Below, piece by piece: positions 46,601-60,100 of a stretch of 64,000 nt of DNA. The translations under genes and the position numbers were made by a program. Origin of the DNA: Haliotis rubra (lineage: Eukaryota); assembly GCF_003918875.1 (NCBI RefSeq), contig NW_025764891.1, positions 2,418,001-2,482,000 of the forward strand, in the 5' to 3' direction. The notes beneath the pieces are model-generated. The model did no database searches, was not told the DNA's origin, and saw only the letters and a list, made by a program, of their open reading frames with translations. Position 1 is the stretch's first letter. Each line of letters opens with the position of its first letter.

Positions 46601-49600
46601 TACTGAGAAAAACACTCTACAAGTACATTGTCACAGACATAAAGAACGTCAACTCCAAGCGCAAGAATATGCAGCTCAATTCGGTAAGAACACAGCAACA
46701 GTATGATTGTATTTGTAAGGATGTCCCTAGGCTATTGGTTAAAACGTCCGCTCGTCACGGACTTTCTAGTGTCCGCCGCTGTAATATTGCTGGAATATTG
46801 CTAAAAGCAGTGGAAAACCAAACTCACTCGTTCACTTTAATCTGATGACTGAAGTACTGTCACTCAATGAATTTTGGTTGACAATTAAATATAGTGCAAC
46901 TTTATTGTCTCAAACATATTTTGCTCTGTTTAAACAATATACTGGTAATTACAATGTTGTCATGCATATATCATTATCAACTATGGAAAGCTATATTCAG
47001 ATTGCACCCAGAGCTCCAAATCTTCCTCTAGCTGTTTAAGTGATGTCTAGGGTTTCTGTATCAGGTTGTGAAGCAAATATGTCTAATAATTTTGGTATTA
47101 AATGAGATTTGTGACAGTCATTCGTAATGTTCTTTATGTTCCAGACTCTTCAGAGTTTTATGTACACGATGTTGACAGATAAAAGCCCTGTTGCAGCCAA
47201 AATGTCCTTGGTAAGATCCTCATCAGTATTAGCATTCAATAATTTTATGAGCAGGTTTTTATCCTCTACTCCTACTGTAGTGAAAGATTGGTTGTAGAAG
47301 ACATAACAGTGTTGAATCTTTGACCACATGAGGCTGCTCATATCAAGCCAACGCAAAGCTATGTAGTAAGTCGTAATAATATACTTAGAAGTATCACAAC
47401 AGTTTGAGGCATTTTTGCAGCCTCTTATTTATCAGCCCTGTCAAGATTGTAATGTAGCTGAGATGTGACGTTGAGCCTCTGTGTTCCAGGATGTTATGAT
47501 TGATTTGTACAAGAAGAATGTGTGGAACGATGCCAAGACTGTCAACGTCATAACAACAGCATGCTTCTCCAAGCATGCCAAGGTCAGTAATCACTGGCTC
47601 AACTGTCTTAAAATGTACAGTCACTTGACAATCTAAATGGTGGGTGATTTGAGTTCAGTGCCACTTTGAATAATATTTTAGCTAAGATGTCATGCAAGCT
47701 TATGAGGGAGAAAGCTCAAAGTTGACAGAGCCACCCATTATTACATTTGCCATATAAGTATTCCTTGAGGGTCATTTTGTCAAGGTAGTAAGTTTATTTC
47801 AGGTGTGGATATGTTCCTTTACGGTAACATTAATACTAGGAAACATATGGGGTGTTGCGGTACTCTTTTCCATGTGTGTCTGTTCACTAAAGGGGCGGTG
47901 GGGTAGCCTAGTGGTTAAAGCGTCCGCTCGTCACGCCGAAGACCTGGGTTCGAATCCCCACATGGGTACAATGTGTGAAGCTCATTTCTGGTGTCACCCG
48001 CCGTGATATTGCTGGAATATTGCTAAAAGCGGCGTAAAACCAAACTCACTCACTCACTGTTCACTAAAATTAAATTTAAAAAATTGAAATTGATATGAAT
48101 TTTATTCCTTTATAAATATCATGTTATTGTTCTTCCTCCTTCTTGGGCAGTTAATGGAAGACCTCGGGCTTCTGCAAATGATAATGCCCTCAAAAATAGC
48201 ATTACCGTTATTATTGATAAAATACATGGAATTTGTGTTGAAAAGAAAAAGGAAACAATGAAGGAATTTGACTGTAGGTTTACTCAAAACCAACTTCTGA
48301 TGGGGTTGACTGACCAAATGTAATTCGAACAATTCAAGTGACGTCACAACAGAACGTGACAATATTCGACCTTGGCCTTTGACAAGACCATGGCCTGCAG
48401 CATGTCAAACTATGTCAGACACAACGTCAGTTGTCAGTGTTCGGTTTGGTCCAACAACAACATTAATAGTGCAATTGTTAAAGGCCGGGGTTCAAACCTA
48501 TACACAGATGGGGTGTGGCCTCCTGCCTTGCCAAGCTGTCTTTCAATGCAAAGCAATGCAGTATTCAAGTACATTCCATGAAATATCACAAAATTGACTT
48601 ACCGGTTCTTCATGAAATTAAGCCATAGTGTAACCAAGTATGTTATGAAGACACACTTCAAAAAGGGTTGATGCGGACAGTGTACAAAACCTGCATATTA
48701 AAAATATATAATCTCTTTTTGAAATCCAGATTTGAATTTGCCAGTGTATCAGTCAGGAGGCCAGAGAAGGTGCGTCTCCCTAGAAACAGACCTCTGAGTG
48801 GAAGTTAAAAAGCTTCATTCAGGGTTTCATATTTCACTTTCTTCCCAGGCAGTCAGTGAAACTGATGCCCTCCTCCACTCCCCTGACCCCCAGCTGTGCG
48901 GGTTGTACACTGATTTGACTCTTGGCACTGAGTGGAACTCTTGATTCCCCCCAGAGGGGTGATATTGGCTTGATATCCTTGTTATTATTATCAACACATC
49001 AAGTAGGCAAATTTAATTATCTTCTATAGTAAACCTTTGATGTCCTAGATTCTTTATAATAACATAAGATTCCCTAAAATGCAGTAATAACATAACATTC
49101 TGTACTTTTCAAAACCCAAACCCGTAAAGCCTGAAATGAACCTTGCTTAGTTTTAGTATGCTAACTTGTGGGTCAGACCACACTTCATTGACTTGTACTA
49201 TCGGAATAAACTTGACATCTCTCATTATCTGGCTGACCATACTGATTTCCTCACAAGATGGATCCAAGTAAGCGAAGTGCTCGTTTTACAATCGAAATAC
49301 CTGGTGACCAAGAAGTCAAGCAAGGTATTCTCCAAAATCTGAAACAAGTGAAAGCACACCTAAAAGCAGAGACAAGCAAGCCTGCTAATAATGCATGAGT
49401 CTGTCATGTTTGTCTTCATGAAATGAAGGGAAGGGTTGTTGGACATTTACTGTCAGGCACATGTTTGTTCTAGTAGTAAGTTCCAAGCTTAACCTATGAC
49501 ATCCCTAGACTCCCATCAGGCTCTTGCCAGGCACCCATAGCCATTACAGTCCCGTCACTCATGGGCAGATAACATCTACACTGCTGAGGAGTAGCCAATG

Positions 49601-52600
49601 GGGGGACTATTTGGGAACCCACTGGGGATTTGGAGGTTTGCGCACCGGCCTTTAAGGTTAGCACCAGCAAGAAAGCCAATATTACCGCTATTAAAGCGGG
49701 AATTCGGGTTGCTTTGACTTGTTTGCCCCAGAATATCTGCCAGTCCAAAGCCAAAGTCGAATGAACCGACACACCCGCTATGACGTCACTTGACAACAGA
49801 ACTGATAGTGGCCCGTCGTTAAGGTTAAGCGGTCCAATATCATTTGCAGCGGCCTGCAAATTTCTGATAATGGGAGGGCAGTTTCATGATAATTCCATGT
49901 GTTTTAGCTATATACCTTTATAAATATCATTTTACTGTTCTTCCAGATACTTGTTGCTGCCCTGAAGTTTTTCCTAGGAAGAGATGAGCTTGATCAGAAG
50001 GCTGAGAGTGACAGTGATGATGATGATGACAACGTGAGTCATGGGCAGAGTTATCTTTCCTTGATCTGTGGAATGTTTGACTACATGAGGCTGCTCATAT
50101 CAACAACACAAAGTTGTGCATGCTTTACATGTAGAAACATACGTTTAATGAAGCAATTTCCTTTATCAATATAGAACACACTTTATGGATGCATCTTTTT
50201 TTTGACATGTATACAAATTCTTGTACCGTATTTTCAAGCATCTGTTTAATGAAGCTTCTTGCAATTTCCTTATCCTTTACCATTTATTAACAAAATTCTT
50301 CTGTTTTATTGGCATTTTATGTGTGGTTGATTGGTTATGAATTGCTATGTTTGCAGAATGCATCTAAGAAAACAGCAAGAGAGTTATCACTCGCCTACAG
50401 AGTAGGGAAGAAAACTAAAAACAGGGAAAGAAAACTGAAGAGAGCACTGGCTGTTCTGAAGGTGAGTAGACCAGGCTGTGAGTGTCATGTTGACAGGTCA
50501 ACTGACCTGTAATTTGTATCTTTTGGCCTGATGTTTTGTGTTAAGAAGGTGTGAAATTTTGTATTGTATGTTGAAAAACTGCACTATGTACCCAATTATC
50601 AATGTGGAATTCAACGTGTATGGGGTCATATTATTTTTGAAAAATTCTTGTTTTCCTTTGTAGAAATATGACCCTTTCTGATCTATATTTCAAATGTATT
50701 GGTAACCACCTTGTTGTTTAATCCTCTAATCATTTAACTTATTTCAGAAACAAGGGAGCAAAAAGAAAAAGGCTGAAGTTTTTAACTTCTCAGCTCTACA
50801 CTTGATCCACGATCCTCAAGGTAATCCACTGTAAACACATTGTAATAACAAAATTCCAAAATGTTTCTGAGGATGAGAGACTGATGATTAGTTTTGTGTT
50901 TCTGACTGAAATGTTTTGCCATAATAAGCAATGTTCCAGTGATATGGGAGAAGCAGCCAGCTGTGGTTAATTTGGCTATGAGTTATCTCCCTTCATCAAT
51001 TTTTCAGGATATTCTCGTGGCATAGATGTCCAACATACTAAGGTTCTGCCATTGTACTGTTTATGGTGTTATCTACAGCTCGGTCCATTGTTGCTTGTTT
51101 AAAAGTTAATGAATGTTTTTATGGATATGCAGGGTTTTTGTGTTTTTTATAGAATTTAGTGAGAAGCTGTTCAAGAAACTTGAGTCGTCAAATGAAAGGT
51201 TTGAAGTCAAACTGTTGATGATGGATCTGATTTCAAGACTTATAGGAATACACCAGGTATAGTTTCTGAATTTTTCTAGTGTCTACCAGTCATGTTTCAC
51301 TGACTTTAATGAGATGACAAATCATTACACAATATTCAGTGCAATGATCGATTGTTAGAAATGGATTTTTGATTGAAGTATTATGGGATGAAATATGTTT
51401 ATTATAAATGTCATTTATTAAATCTCCACATACTTACACATACTTGGCAATGAATAGCACTTTGATTTAATGGAAAAGAGTTGCAACTATTCTTGATAAT
51501 TGATGTGATTGATCAACTGGATCACTTATCATGAGTATTTGAACAATTGGAACTTATTTATGTCAGCAATGTTACTTAGCTGTTTTTGTTTTGTTACAGC
51601 TGTTCCTGTTTAACTTTTACCCATTCTTGAAACGATTCCTTCAGCCGCATCAGAGAGGTAACTGCTTCAGATTGCTTTGACGTTAACTTGAACTTTTTTA
51701 GAGAAAAATATTTCATTGCAACAAAAAAACAATGGTTTTGAACATGTCTACTATGAAATTCTATTACAAGATGATTTATTAACCCTTAAAGTGACTGTTG
51801 ATGATAGGTATCACGTTTTATCACAGCCTGTGTATTGGTATGTTAAGATGCAGCAAGGAACTACATGAGCTTGTCCCTACACCTGGCAATATTTTTAGAC
51901 ATCTGTTGAAACAGATATTTCAGATAATTTTTGTTTCTTGTTTCAGAGGTTACCAAATTGCTGTTGTATGTTGCACAAGCTAGTCATGAGTTAGTTCCCC
52001 CTGATGTGAGTAAACTTTAGACTTAAGAGTTGTTCCCCCTTGACATGTGTTTATAGACGCAGATGATGTGCCCTCACTCCACTGAGCAATGTTTGTGTGA
52101 TCGGTTCACTTCATAATGACAGACCCGTGAAGATCCGAGTTATAATTTTGACTTCAGTCACCCATGCTTGTCGTAAGAGGCGACTAACAGGATCAGCTGA
52201 TCAGGCTCGCTGATTGTGTTGATACATGTCATCATGTACTATCTGTGTTGATTGTTGTTCATGCTGTTGATCACTGAATTGTCTGGTACAGACTCAACTA
52301 TTTACAGTGAGTGAGTTAGTTTAGTTTTACGCCGCAGTCAGCAATATTCTAGCTATATGGTGGCGGTCTGTAAATAATCGAGTCTGGACCAGACAATCCA
52401 GTAATCAACAGCATGAGCATTGATCTGCGCAACTGGGAACCGATGACATGTGTCAACAAAGTCAGCGAGCCTGACCAGCAGATCCTGTTAGTCGCCTCTT
52501 ACGACAAGCATGGGTTACTGAAGATCAATATTCTAACCCGGACTATTTACAGACCTCTGTCATATAACTGGAATATTGTTAAGAGTGGCATTAAACGGCA

Positions 52601-55600
52601 AAAAACAAATCATTATGACAACATATAACGTCACACACTAATTGCAATAACTTGAGTTAAAGGACATCGGGGTAGCTGAGTGGTTGTGGCATTACACCAA
52701 AGTGGTTTGATTCCCAACATGGGTACTCTGCTATGATGTTGCTGGAATGTTAGTAAATGCAGCATCAAACCAAAATCACTCACTCAGTCCCTTGACAAAT
52801 GTGCAGTAGACTTAAAGCTAAGTCATACTAAGAGACTAGAAGAACTGTTGTAAAATATGCTAACAAATCACACTAGTATTCCCCTTTTGCACAGATGAGA
52901 ACAACATCTTGATTGTAACATATGTTATATTTGGGATTACACTTTCTTAGTAAAGTACAGATTCTAGTACTTTTGATGGGTTGAGTCCCATCCGGGATTC
53001 GAACCCACACCCTCAGAATCAGGCACCTAATCGCCAGCACACAAAGTCAGCCGCCCAACCCACTCAGCCACCGTAACTTCCACAAAAGTGGAAGTCGGAC
53101 AACTGGTAGTCTAGATTGTGGACTTTGTGTACCCCTCTGATAAGTGTTAATTGGCAAGGCTCCCGTGGCTGAAAGTAATCAACATCTTAATTAAACAATT
53201 TTAAAACCAGTTTACAGAGAACACAGTGTAGACAAGATTAAGTCCAAAACTAAAGATTGTTTAATTAATTTTCATTGATGATGTTTTGGGATATATTTCT
53301 TGTATTTCTTTTACCATTTCTCTTTGTTGATGATCTAATGTTTCTTGTTCAGGTAATGGAAGAGGTTTTGGTAACGATCTCCAACAACTTCATCACAGAG
53401 AGGAACTCAAGGGAGGTAATGGCTGTGGGGTAGGTGTGATGGTTTCCACAAAACTAACTCTGTTTACTAACTCTGTGAAAAGTTTTGGCTAAAACACTCA
53501 CCCTTTCTTTTCAAGTATATTGGCATATTGACAAAAACAAATGGAAACTGAAAATATGTCTCTTCTTTTTGCACCTATTTCAGCAGTGAATAATTACCGG
53601 TATATATGTTATAGAAATGAGTACACATGTGCCAAGTCTGACATCCCATTATCTCAGACTTTACACGTTGCAAGATAAGCTTTACTTACAAGGTAGATGT
53701 GTAAGCTGTGACATATGTCCTGCCTGTGATTTTAATAAAGGTGTTCAAAGAACACAGTAACACTCCTCCAGAGAGTTGGTTGTGAATGTGATTTCAACGC
53801 AGTATCTGATGCATTTAAAAGATTAACGGAAAGTGGGGTGCAGTTTTTTATCGGAATTTAGCATACAAGTGCAAGATGGACACAAATAATTTGACTTTTG
53901 AAAACACTATAAGCTGGAGCTCAAGCTCAAATTGGGCAATGCAATTGTTTAAAGAGACATTTTCATGAGTCGAATATTGAATGTTTTGAATTATGTTCAT
54001 AATGCCCTTTGACTGTGAACTTTCTATTTGAATGTGTTGAAAATGGAAAATTGTAGGCATGTCAATCTTTCAAGGACAGGACAACGTATCAAGTTCATGT
54101 TCATAATGTTCATGCCATATTTAGTTTTCTTGGTTCAGGGTATGAGTTAGATACATGTACTCGCATTAGTAACGTAATTACCTATGGAAACATTGCCATC
54201 TTCTCCAGACTGAATTCCGTGCGCGAGGTGTGTGCAAGGTGTCCACTGGCTATAGGGGAGGATTTGCTGGGAGACCTCGTACAGTACAAGTCACACAGAG
54301 ACAAGAGTAGGTGGCAGACCTGTAGCCCTGACAGACCTAAACTTTGAATGTTGTAGACATGTAGCACATGGAAACCTGGACCCTTAGTGGAACTGTAGTA
54401 GTTATGTAGTACACCTATCATAGAATGTAGCAGAGCTGTAGTGGTCCTTTACCAGGCCTGCAGTGGAACTGTAGTAGGAATGTAGCAGGCCTGTAGTAGA
54501 ATGTAGTGGAGTTATAGTAGGCCCTTACCAGTCCTGTAGTGGAACTGTAGTAGGAATGTAGTTGACCTGTAGTAGAATGTAGTGGAGTTGTAGGCCTTTA
54601 TCAGTCCTGTAGTGGAACTGTAGTAGAATGTAGTGGAGTTATAGTAGAAGTAGTGGAGTTGTAGCCATTTACCAGTCCTGTAGTGGAACTGTAGTAGAAT
54701 GTAGTGGAGTTTTAGTAGAATGTAGTGGAGTTGTAGGCCTATACCAGTCCTGTAGTGGAACTGTAGTAGGAATGTAGCAGGCCTGTAGTAGAATGTAGTG
54801 GAGTTATAGTAGGCCTTTACCATTCCTGTAGTGGAACTGTAGTCAGAATGTAGCAGGCCTGTAGTAGAATGTAGTGTAGTTATAGTAGCCCTTTACCAGT
54901 CCTATAGTGGAACTAGTCAGAATGTAGCAGGCCTGTAGTAGAATGTAGTGGAGTTGTAGGCCTTTACCATTCCTGTAGTGGAACTGTAGTCAGAATGTAG
55001 CAGGCCTGTAGTAGAATGTAGTGGAGTTATAGCAGGCCTGTACCAGACCTGTAGTGGAACTGTAGTTGGAATCTAGCAGGCCTGTAGTAGAATGTAGTTG
55101 AGTTATAACAGGCCTGTACCAGACCTGTAGTGGAACTGTAGTCGGAATGTAGCAGGCCTGTAGTAGAATGTAGTGGAGTTATAGCAGGCCTTTACCAGAC
55201 CTGTAGTGGAACTGTAGTCGGAATGTAGCAGGCCTGTAGTAGAATGTAGTGGAGTTATAGCAGGCCTGTAATGGAACTGTAGTCAGAATGTAGCAGGCCT
55301 GTAGTAGAATGTAGTGGAGTTAAAGTAGGCCTTTACCAGTTGACTGTATTTAAACTATCGTAGTAGGTGTGTTGTAAACCTTTGAAACTGTTGATTTTTC
55401 AGCTGTGATGATGGCAGCTCGGGCCCTGATCCACGTGTACAGACAGCACAACCCTGCACTTCTACACAAGAAAGATAGGGTAAGTTTCAAAGATAACCAG
55501 CTCTAGGGTACAGCTGGCAGAGTGTATTTACAAATCAGCATCGGACGCGTTCACCAAGATCCATCAGAGTTTTCTAGTAATTTGTTCAGCTAATCATGCT

Positions 55601-56692
55601 GTTTTACCATAGTTTCACCACACTGTTAAGTAGACAACTATACACAGATGTCTGCCGTACTGTTGGTGTAACTGTCTGGTTGTGTTTCAGGGCCGACCGT
55701 CAGATGCGAAGAATGAGCACATCGCGTTGAAGTACGGTGAAAGAGACACCAAGGACTATATCCCTGGGGCTGAGGCGTTGGAGGAGATGGAAGAGGATGG
55801 AGCACATAAACCTCAAGATGGAGATGGTAGAGTTAATGTTTTTCATTAAAAAATGGAAATAAGTTCTGACTGTCCCACTAAAAAGGCTTTTGCTGTTATA
55901 TAGCCCAGTTGTCAAGTGTACTGGTCATCACCATAGCTGAGTTTTGTTTGCATTTATGTTTTATGATGCTCATTGACAAGACGATTCTGAAGTTTCTCAA
56001 CTGGTTTGGACTTGATGCACTGATGGTGCAAATCATTGTTCAAAATATCAATCACTGGATTGTCTCATCATTACAGGGCTCCAGATAAGGGCCGTATCGG
56101 CGTATGTACGGATAAATAATATGCACGATACGGTAGGAAATAATTTAGAAAATGTAGCAGATACGCACCACAGCAATGGTGTACGGTCTTAGAATCATTT
56201 ACATACGTATGTATCTGAAAAGTATTGTTTTGTTTATTCATTGACCTGTTTCCAGTGGTGTGGTGCATATTGAAAGAAAATCACTCCATTAATTTCCATT
56301 CAGTACTCTAAATGTACACTGATCTGTATTGAGAAACATTATACCCTGAGCCCTGAAATTACTCTTATTGTCATTACCAACTGCAGTCACTCATATAGCT
56401 GCAATATTGCTGAATACATCCTTAAACGCCGAGCAAACAAAATATTTCAATCAACCAATTGCAATAAAATATGAAATATTTTCTTGGCAATGATATGTGT
56501 GTCCCTTTGTTGATGCTGTTTGGGAGATAAAGATCTTGAAATGTGAAAACTAATTATATATACCCGAAAGTTGTTTGAGAGCATTCTGTGACGGTCTGTT
56601 GGTCAGATTGGCAGTCGTGCAGTGAAGGGAGGATGATGAAGACAGCGATGGAGAGTGGGTCACTGCGGCATCATTCCTCCGACGAGGAACAG
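43700..56692 (+). CDS. SDAD1: Protein SDA1 homolog (60S ribosome biogenesis), exons 1-17; 3' exons absent from the window
   Basis: Exons 43700-43789 ([23 protein letters not shown]), 44725-44829, 45506-45604, 46501-46683, 47145-47210, 47490-47582 ([10 protein letters not shown]), 49947-50033, 50357-50461, 50748-50820 ([13 protein letters not shown]), 51153-51256, 51600-51657 (FLQPHQRE), 51947-52005, 53353-53429, 54209-54306 (ARCPLA), 55403-55479, 55691-55826 (DYIPGAE), 56607-56692 (HSSDEEQ). All GT-AG and phase-consistent, and collinear with recalled SDAD1. Confidence 0.95.
43979..44114 (+). mobile_element. 5'-truncated family B element
   Basis: 3' half plus (ACTC)n tail. TSD tcattgtttgaaa at 43966-43978 and 44115-44127. 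Confidence 0.8.
47892..48056 (+). mobile_element. Family A SINE
   Basis: Full length. TSD ctgttcactaaa at 47880-47891 and 48057-48068. Confidence 0.9.
48482..49651. mobile_element. Kolobok-like DNA transposon remnant in SDAD1 intron 6
   Basis: TTAA|AGGCCGGGGTTCAAACCT ... AGGTTTGCGCACCGGCCT|TTAA (15/18 TIR match, AG termini, TTAA TSD). Short [42 protein letters not shown] at 49258-49398 (+). Confidence 0.6.
52122..52605. mobile_element. Family B element inserted antisense into another family B element
   Basis: The plus copy (52122-52307 and 52544-52605) is split by a minus copy (52308-52540). actatttacag is duplicated at both junctions. The same structure recurs at about 61003-61505. Confidence 0.75.
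52985..53072 (-). mobile_element. tRNA-like head of a third SINE family (or tRNA pseudogene)
   Basis: Minus strand GGTGGCTGAGTGG (A box) ... GGTTCGAATCCC (B box), but no clean anticodon arm. Duplicate at about 61870-61951. Confidence 0.55.
54385..55340. repeat. About 76-bp minisatellite built from TGTAG sub-repeats, SDAD1 intron 14
   Basis: ggcctgtagtagaatgtagtggagttatagcaggcctttaccagacctgtagtggaactgtagtcggaatgtagca recurs with a 76-bp period (for example 55155 and 55231). Confidence 0.92.
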
Positions 56693-57157
56693 GTCAGTCC
56701 CAAAACAAATCTCACATATCAGTTGTCTGGGATTCACCAGTACTTATCCTTTACCTGAATGTCTCACTATGTATAGAGGAGAGTCTCTCTTATGAATGGT
56801 GTGCTGTGTAACTGCTGAAATTACATTTACTCAGGGATGAGAGTTTTCTATAGATATACAGATTGTTTTTTGTCATGGGTATCCTTTGTTGAACAATTTG
56901 TGCATAAATCATATAGTACCCTAGATCTCCTAGATAAAAATCATGCCTATCCTTGTTTGACAATCAGAAATATCCCAGAATGCAGTTAGGGTATTGTTGT
57001 TTTCTTTACAACCTAAAATAACATGTATCAAATCAGAATAGTCTCCCTTACTAGATGCCCAGCTTTAGAGGCAACCGCGAGTGAGGATTTGATGATGAGA
57101 CTGTGGCCAGATTGATTGTTGTCATAGTAACCTGATAGCTGGGGTTTTAATGTTGCT

Positions 57158-60100
57158 TAAAATACATGGAATTTGTGTTGAAAAAGAAAGGAAACAATGA
57201 AGGAATTTGACTGTGGTGGTTTACCTCTAAAACCAAACTTCTGATGGGGTTGACTGACCAAATGCAATTCGAATACCTCCAAGAGATCGCCACAACAGAA
57301 CGTGATCGATATTCGACCTTTGGCCTTCTGAAACGCTCTTCCTTTGACAAGACCATGGCCTGCAACATGTCAAACTATGTCAGACACAACGTCAGTGTTC
57401 GGTTTTGGTCCAACAACAACGTTAATAGTACAATTGTTAAAGGCCGGGGTTCAACCTATACACAGATGGGGTGTGGCCTCCTGCCTTGCCAAAGCTGTCA
57501 TTTAATGCAAAGCAATGCAGTATTCAAGTACATTCCATGAAATATCACAAAATTGACTTACCGGTTCTTGATGAAATGAAGCCATAGTGTAAACAAGACA
57601 CACTGCAAAAAGGGATGATGCAGACAGTGTACAAAACCTGCATTTTTAAAATATATAATCTCTTTTTGAAATCCAGATTTGAATTCGCCAGTGTATCTAG
57701 AAACAGACCTCTGAGTGGAAGTTAAAGCTTCATTCAGGGTTTCATATTTCACTTTCTTCCCAGGCAGTCAGTGAAACTGATGTCTCCTCCTCCTCCATTT
57801 CTGGACCCCCTAGCTAAGCGGGTTGTACACTGATTTGACTCTCTTAAGTAATTGAGTGGAACTTTGATTCCTCTCCAGAGGGGTGATATTGGCTTGATAT
57901 CCTTGTTATTGTTTATCAACACATCAAGAAGTCAAATTTAATTATCTTCTATTAGTAAACCTTGGATGTCCTAGATTCTTTATAATAACATAAGATTCTC
58001 TAAAATGCAGTAATAACGTGTAGCCATTCTGTACTTTTCAAAACTCCAAACCCGTGAAAGCCTGAAATGAACCTTTTGCTTTAGCTCTTTAGTATCGCTT
58101 AACTTGTGGTCAGACCACACTTCCATTGACTCCTACTATCGGAATAAACTTGACATCTCTTAATATCTCGCTGACGATACTGATTTCCTCACACAAGATG
58201 GATCCAAGTAAGCCGGCGTTTCGCTATTAACCTAAAATACCTGGTGACCAAGAAGTCAAGCAAGGTATTCTCCAAAATCTGAAACAAGTGAAAGCACACC
58301 TAAAAGCAGAGACAAGCAAGCCTGCTAATAATGGCATGAGTCTGTCAGTGTTTGTCTTCATGAAATGAAGGGAAGGGTTGTTGGACATTTACTGTCAGGC
58401 ATTACATGTTTGTTCTAGTAGTAAGTCTCCCAAGCTTAACCTATGACATCCCTAGACTCCCATCAGGCTCTTCTTGCCAGGGCACCCATAGGCCATTACA
58501 GTCCTGCCATGTATGGGCAGATAACATCTACACTGCTGAGGAGAAGCCAAATGGGGGACTATTTGGGAACCCACTGGGGATTTGGGAGGTTTGCGACCGG
58601 CCTTTGCTAGGTTAGCACCAGCAAGAAAGCAATATTACCTGCGCCATTAAAGCCGGGAGTTCGTTGTTTTGACTTGTTTGCCCTGCAGAATATCTGCCAG
58701 TCCAAAGTCAAGCTCTAATGAACCAACACACCCGCTTATGACGCCATTACTACTGGCAACAGAAGGCGATAGTGGCCCGTCAGTTGTAAGTTAAGCAGTT
58801 CAATATCATTTGCAGCGGCCTGCAAATTTCTGATTATTGGAGGGCAGTTTCATGATAATTCCATCTGTTTTAGCTATATACCTTTATAAATATCATTTTA
58901 CTGTTCTTCCAGATACTTGTTGCTGCCCTGAAGTTTTTCCTGGGAAGAGATGAGCTTGATCAGAAGGCTGAGAGTGACAGTGATGATGATGATGACAATG
59001 TGAGTCATGGGCAGAGTTATCTTTCCTTGATCTGTGGAATGTTTGACTACATGAGGCTGCTCATATCAAGCCAACACAAAGTTGTGCATCTTTTTACATG
59101 TAGAAACATATTTTTCGTTTAATGAATTGCAATTTCCTTATCCTTTACCATTTATTAACAAAATTCTTCTGTTTTATTGGCATTTTATGTGTGGTTGATT
59201 GGTTATGAATTGCTATGTTTGCAGAATGCATCTAAGAAAACAGCAAGAGAGTTATCACTCGCTTACAGAGTTGGGAAGAAAACTAAAAACAGGGAAAGAA
59301 AACTGAAGAGAGCACTGGCTGTTCTTGAAGGTGAGCAGACCAGGCTGTGAGTAAGTCATGTTGACAGGTCAACTTGACCTGTAATTTGTATCTTTGGCCT
59401 GATGTTTTGTGTTAAGAAGGTGTGAAATTTTGTATTGTATGTTGAAAACTGCACTATGTACCCAATTATCAATGTGGAATTCAACGCAGTATAGTCAAGT
59501 ATTATTTTGAAAAATTCTTGTTTTCTCTTTGTAGAAATATGACCCTTTCTGATCTATATTTCAGATGTATTGGTAACCACCTTGTTGTTTAATCCTCTAA
59601 TCATATTTGCAAAACAAGGAAGCAAAAAAAGAAAAAGGCTGAAGTTTTAACTTCAGCTCTACACTTGATCCACGAGATCCTCGGTTGTAATCCACTGTAA
59701 AACACATTGTAATAACAAAATTCCAAAATGTTTCTGAGGATGAGAGACTGATGATTAGTTTTGTGTTTCTTGACTGAAATGTTTTGCCATAATAAGCAAT
59801 GTTCCAGTGATATGGGAGAAGCAGCCAGCTGGGGTTAATTTGGCTATGAGTTATCTCCCTTCATCAATTTTTTCAGATATTCTCGCGGGCATAGATGTCC
59901 AACATACTGGGTTGTCTCTGCCATTGTACTGTTTATGATGTTATCTACAGCTCGGGCCATTGTTGCTTGTTTAAAAGTTAATGAATGTTTTTATGAATAT
60001 GCAGGGTTTTCTTGTGGTTTTTTTATAGAATTTAGTGAGAAGCTGTTCAAGAAACTTGAGTCGTCAAATGAAAGGTTTGAAGTCAAACTGTTGATGATGG

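Noticed and set aside
91-48056. tRNA-like sequences with A and B boxes
   Set aside because: They are SINE heads followed by a common body, a microsatellite tail and TSDs, not tRNA genes.
54385-55340. Regular repeats that could be mistaken for a CRISPR array, and the Tyr-rich ORF 54512-54823
   Set aside because: The units are contiguous with no unique spacers, there are no cas genes, and the location is a eukaryotic intron.
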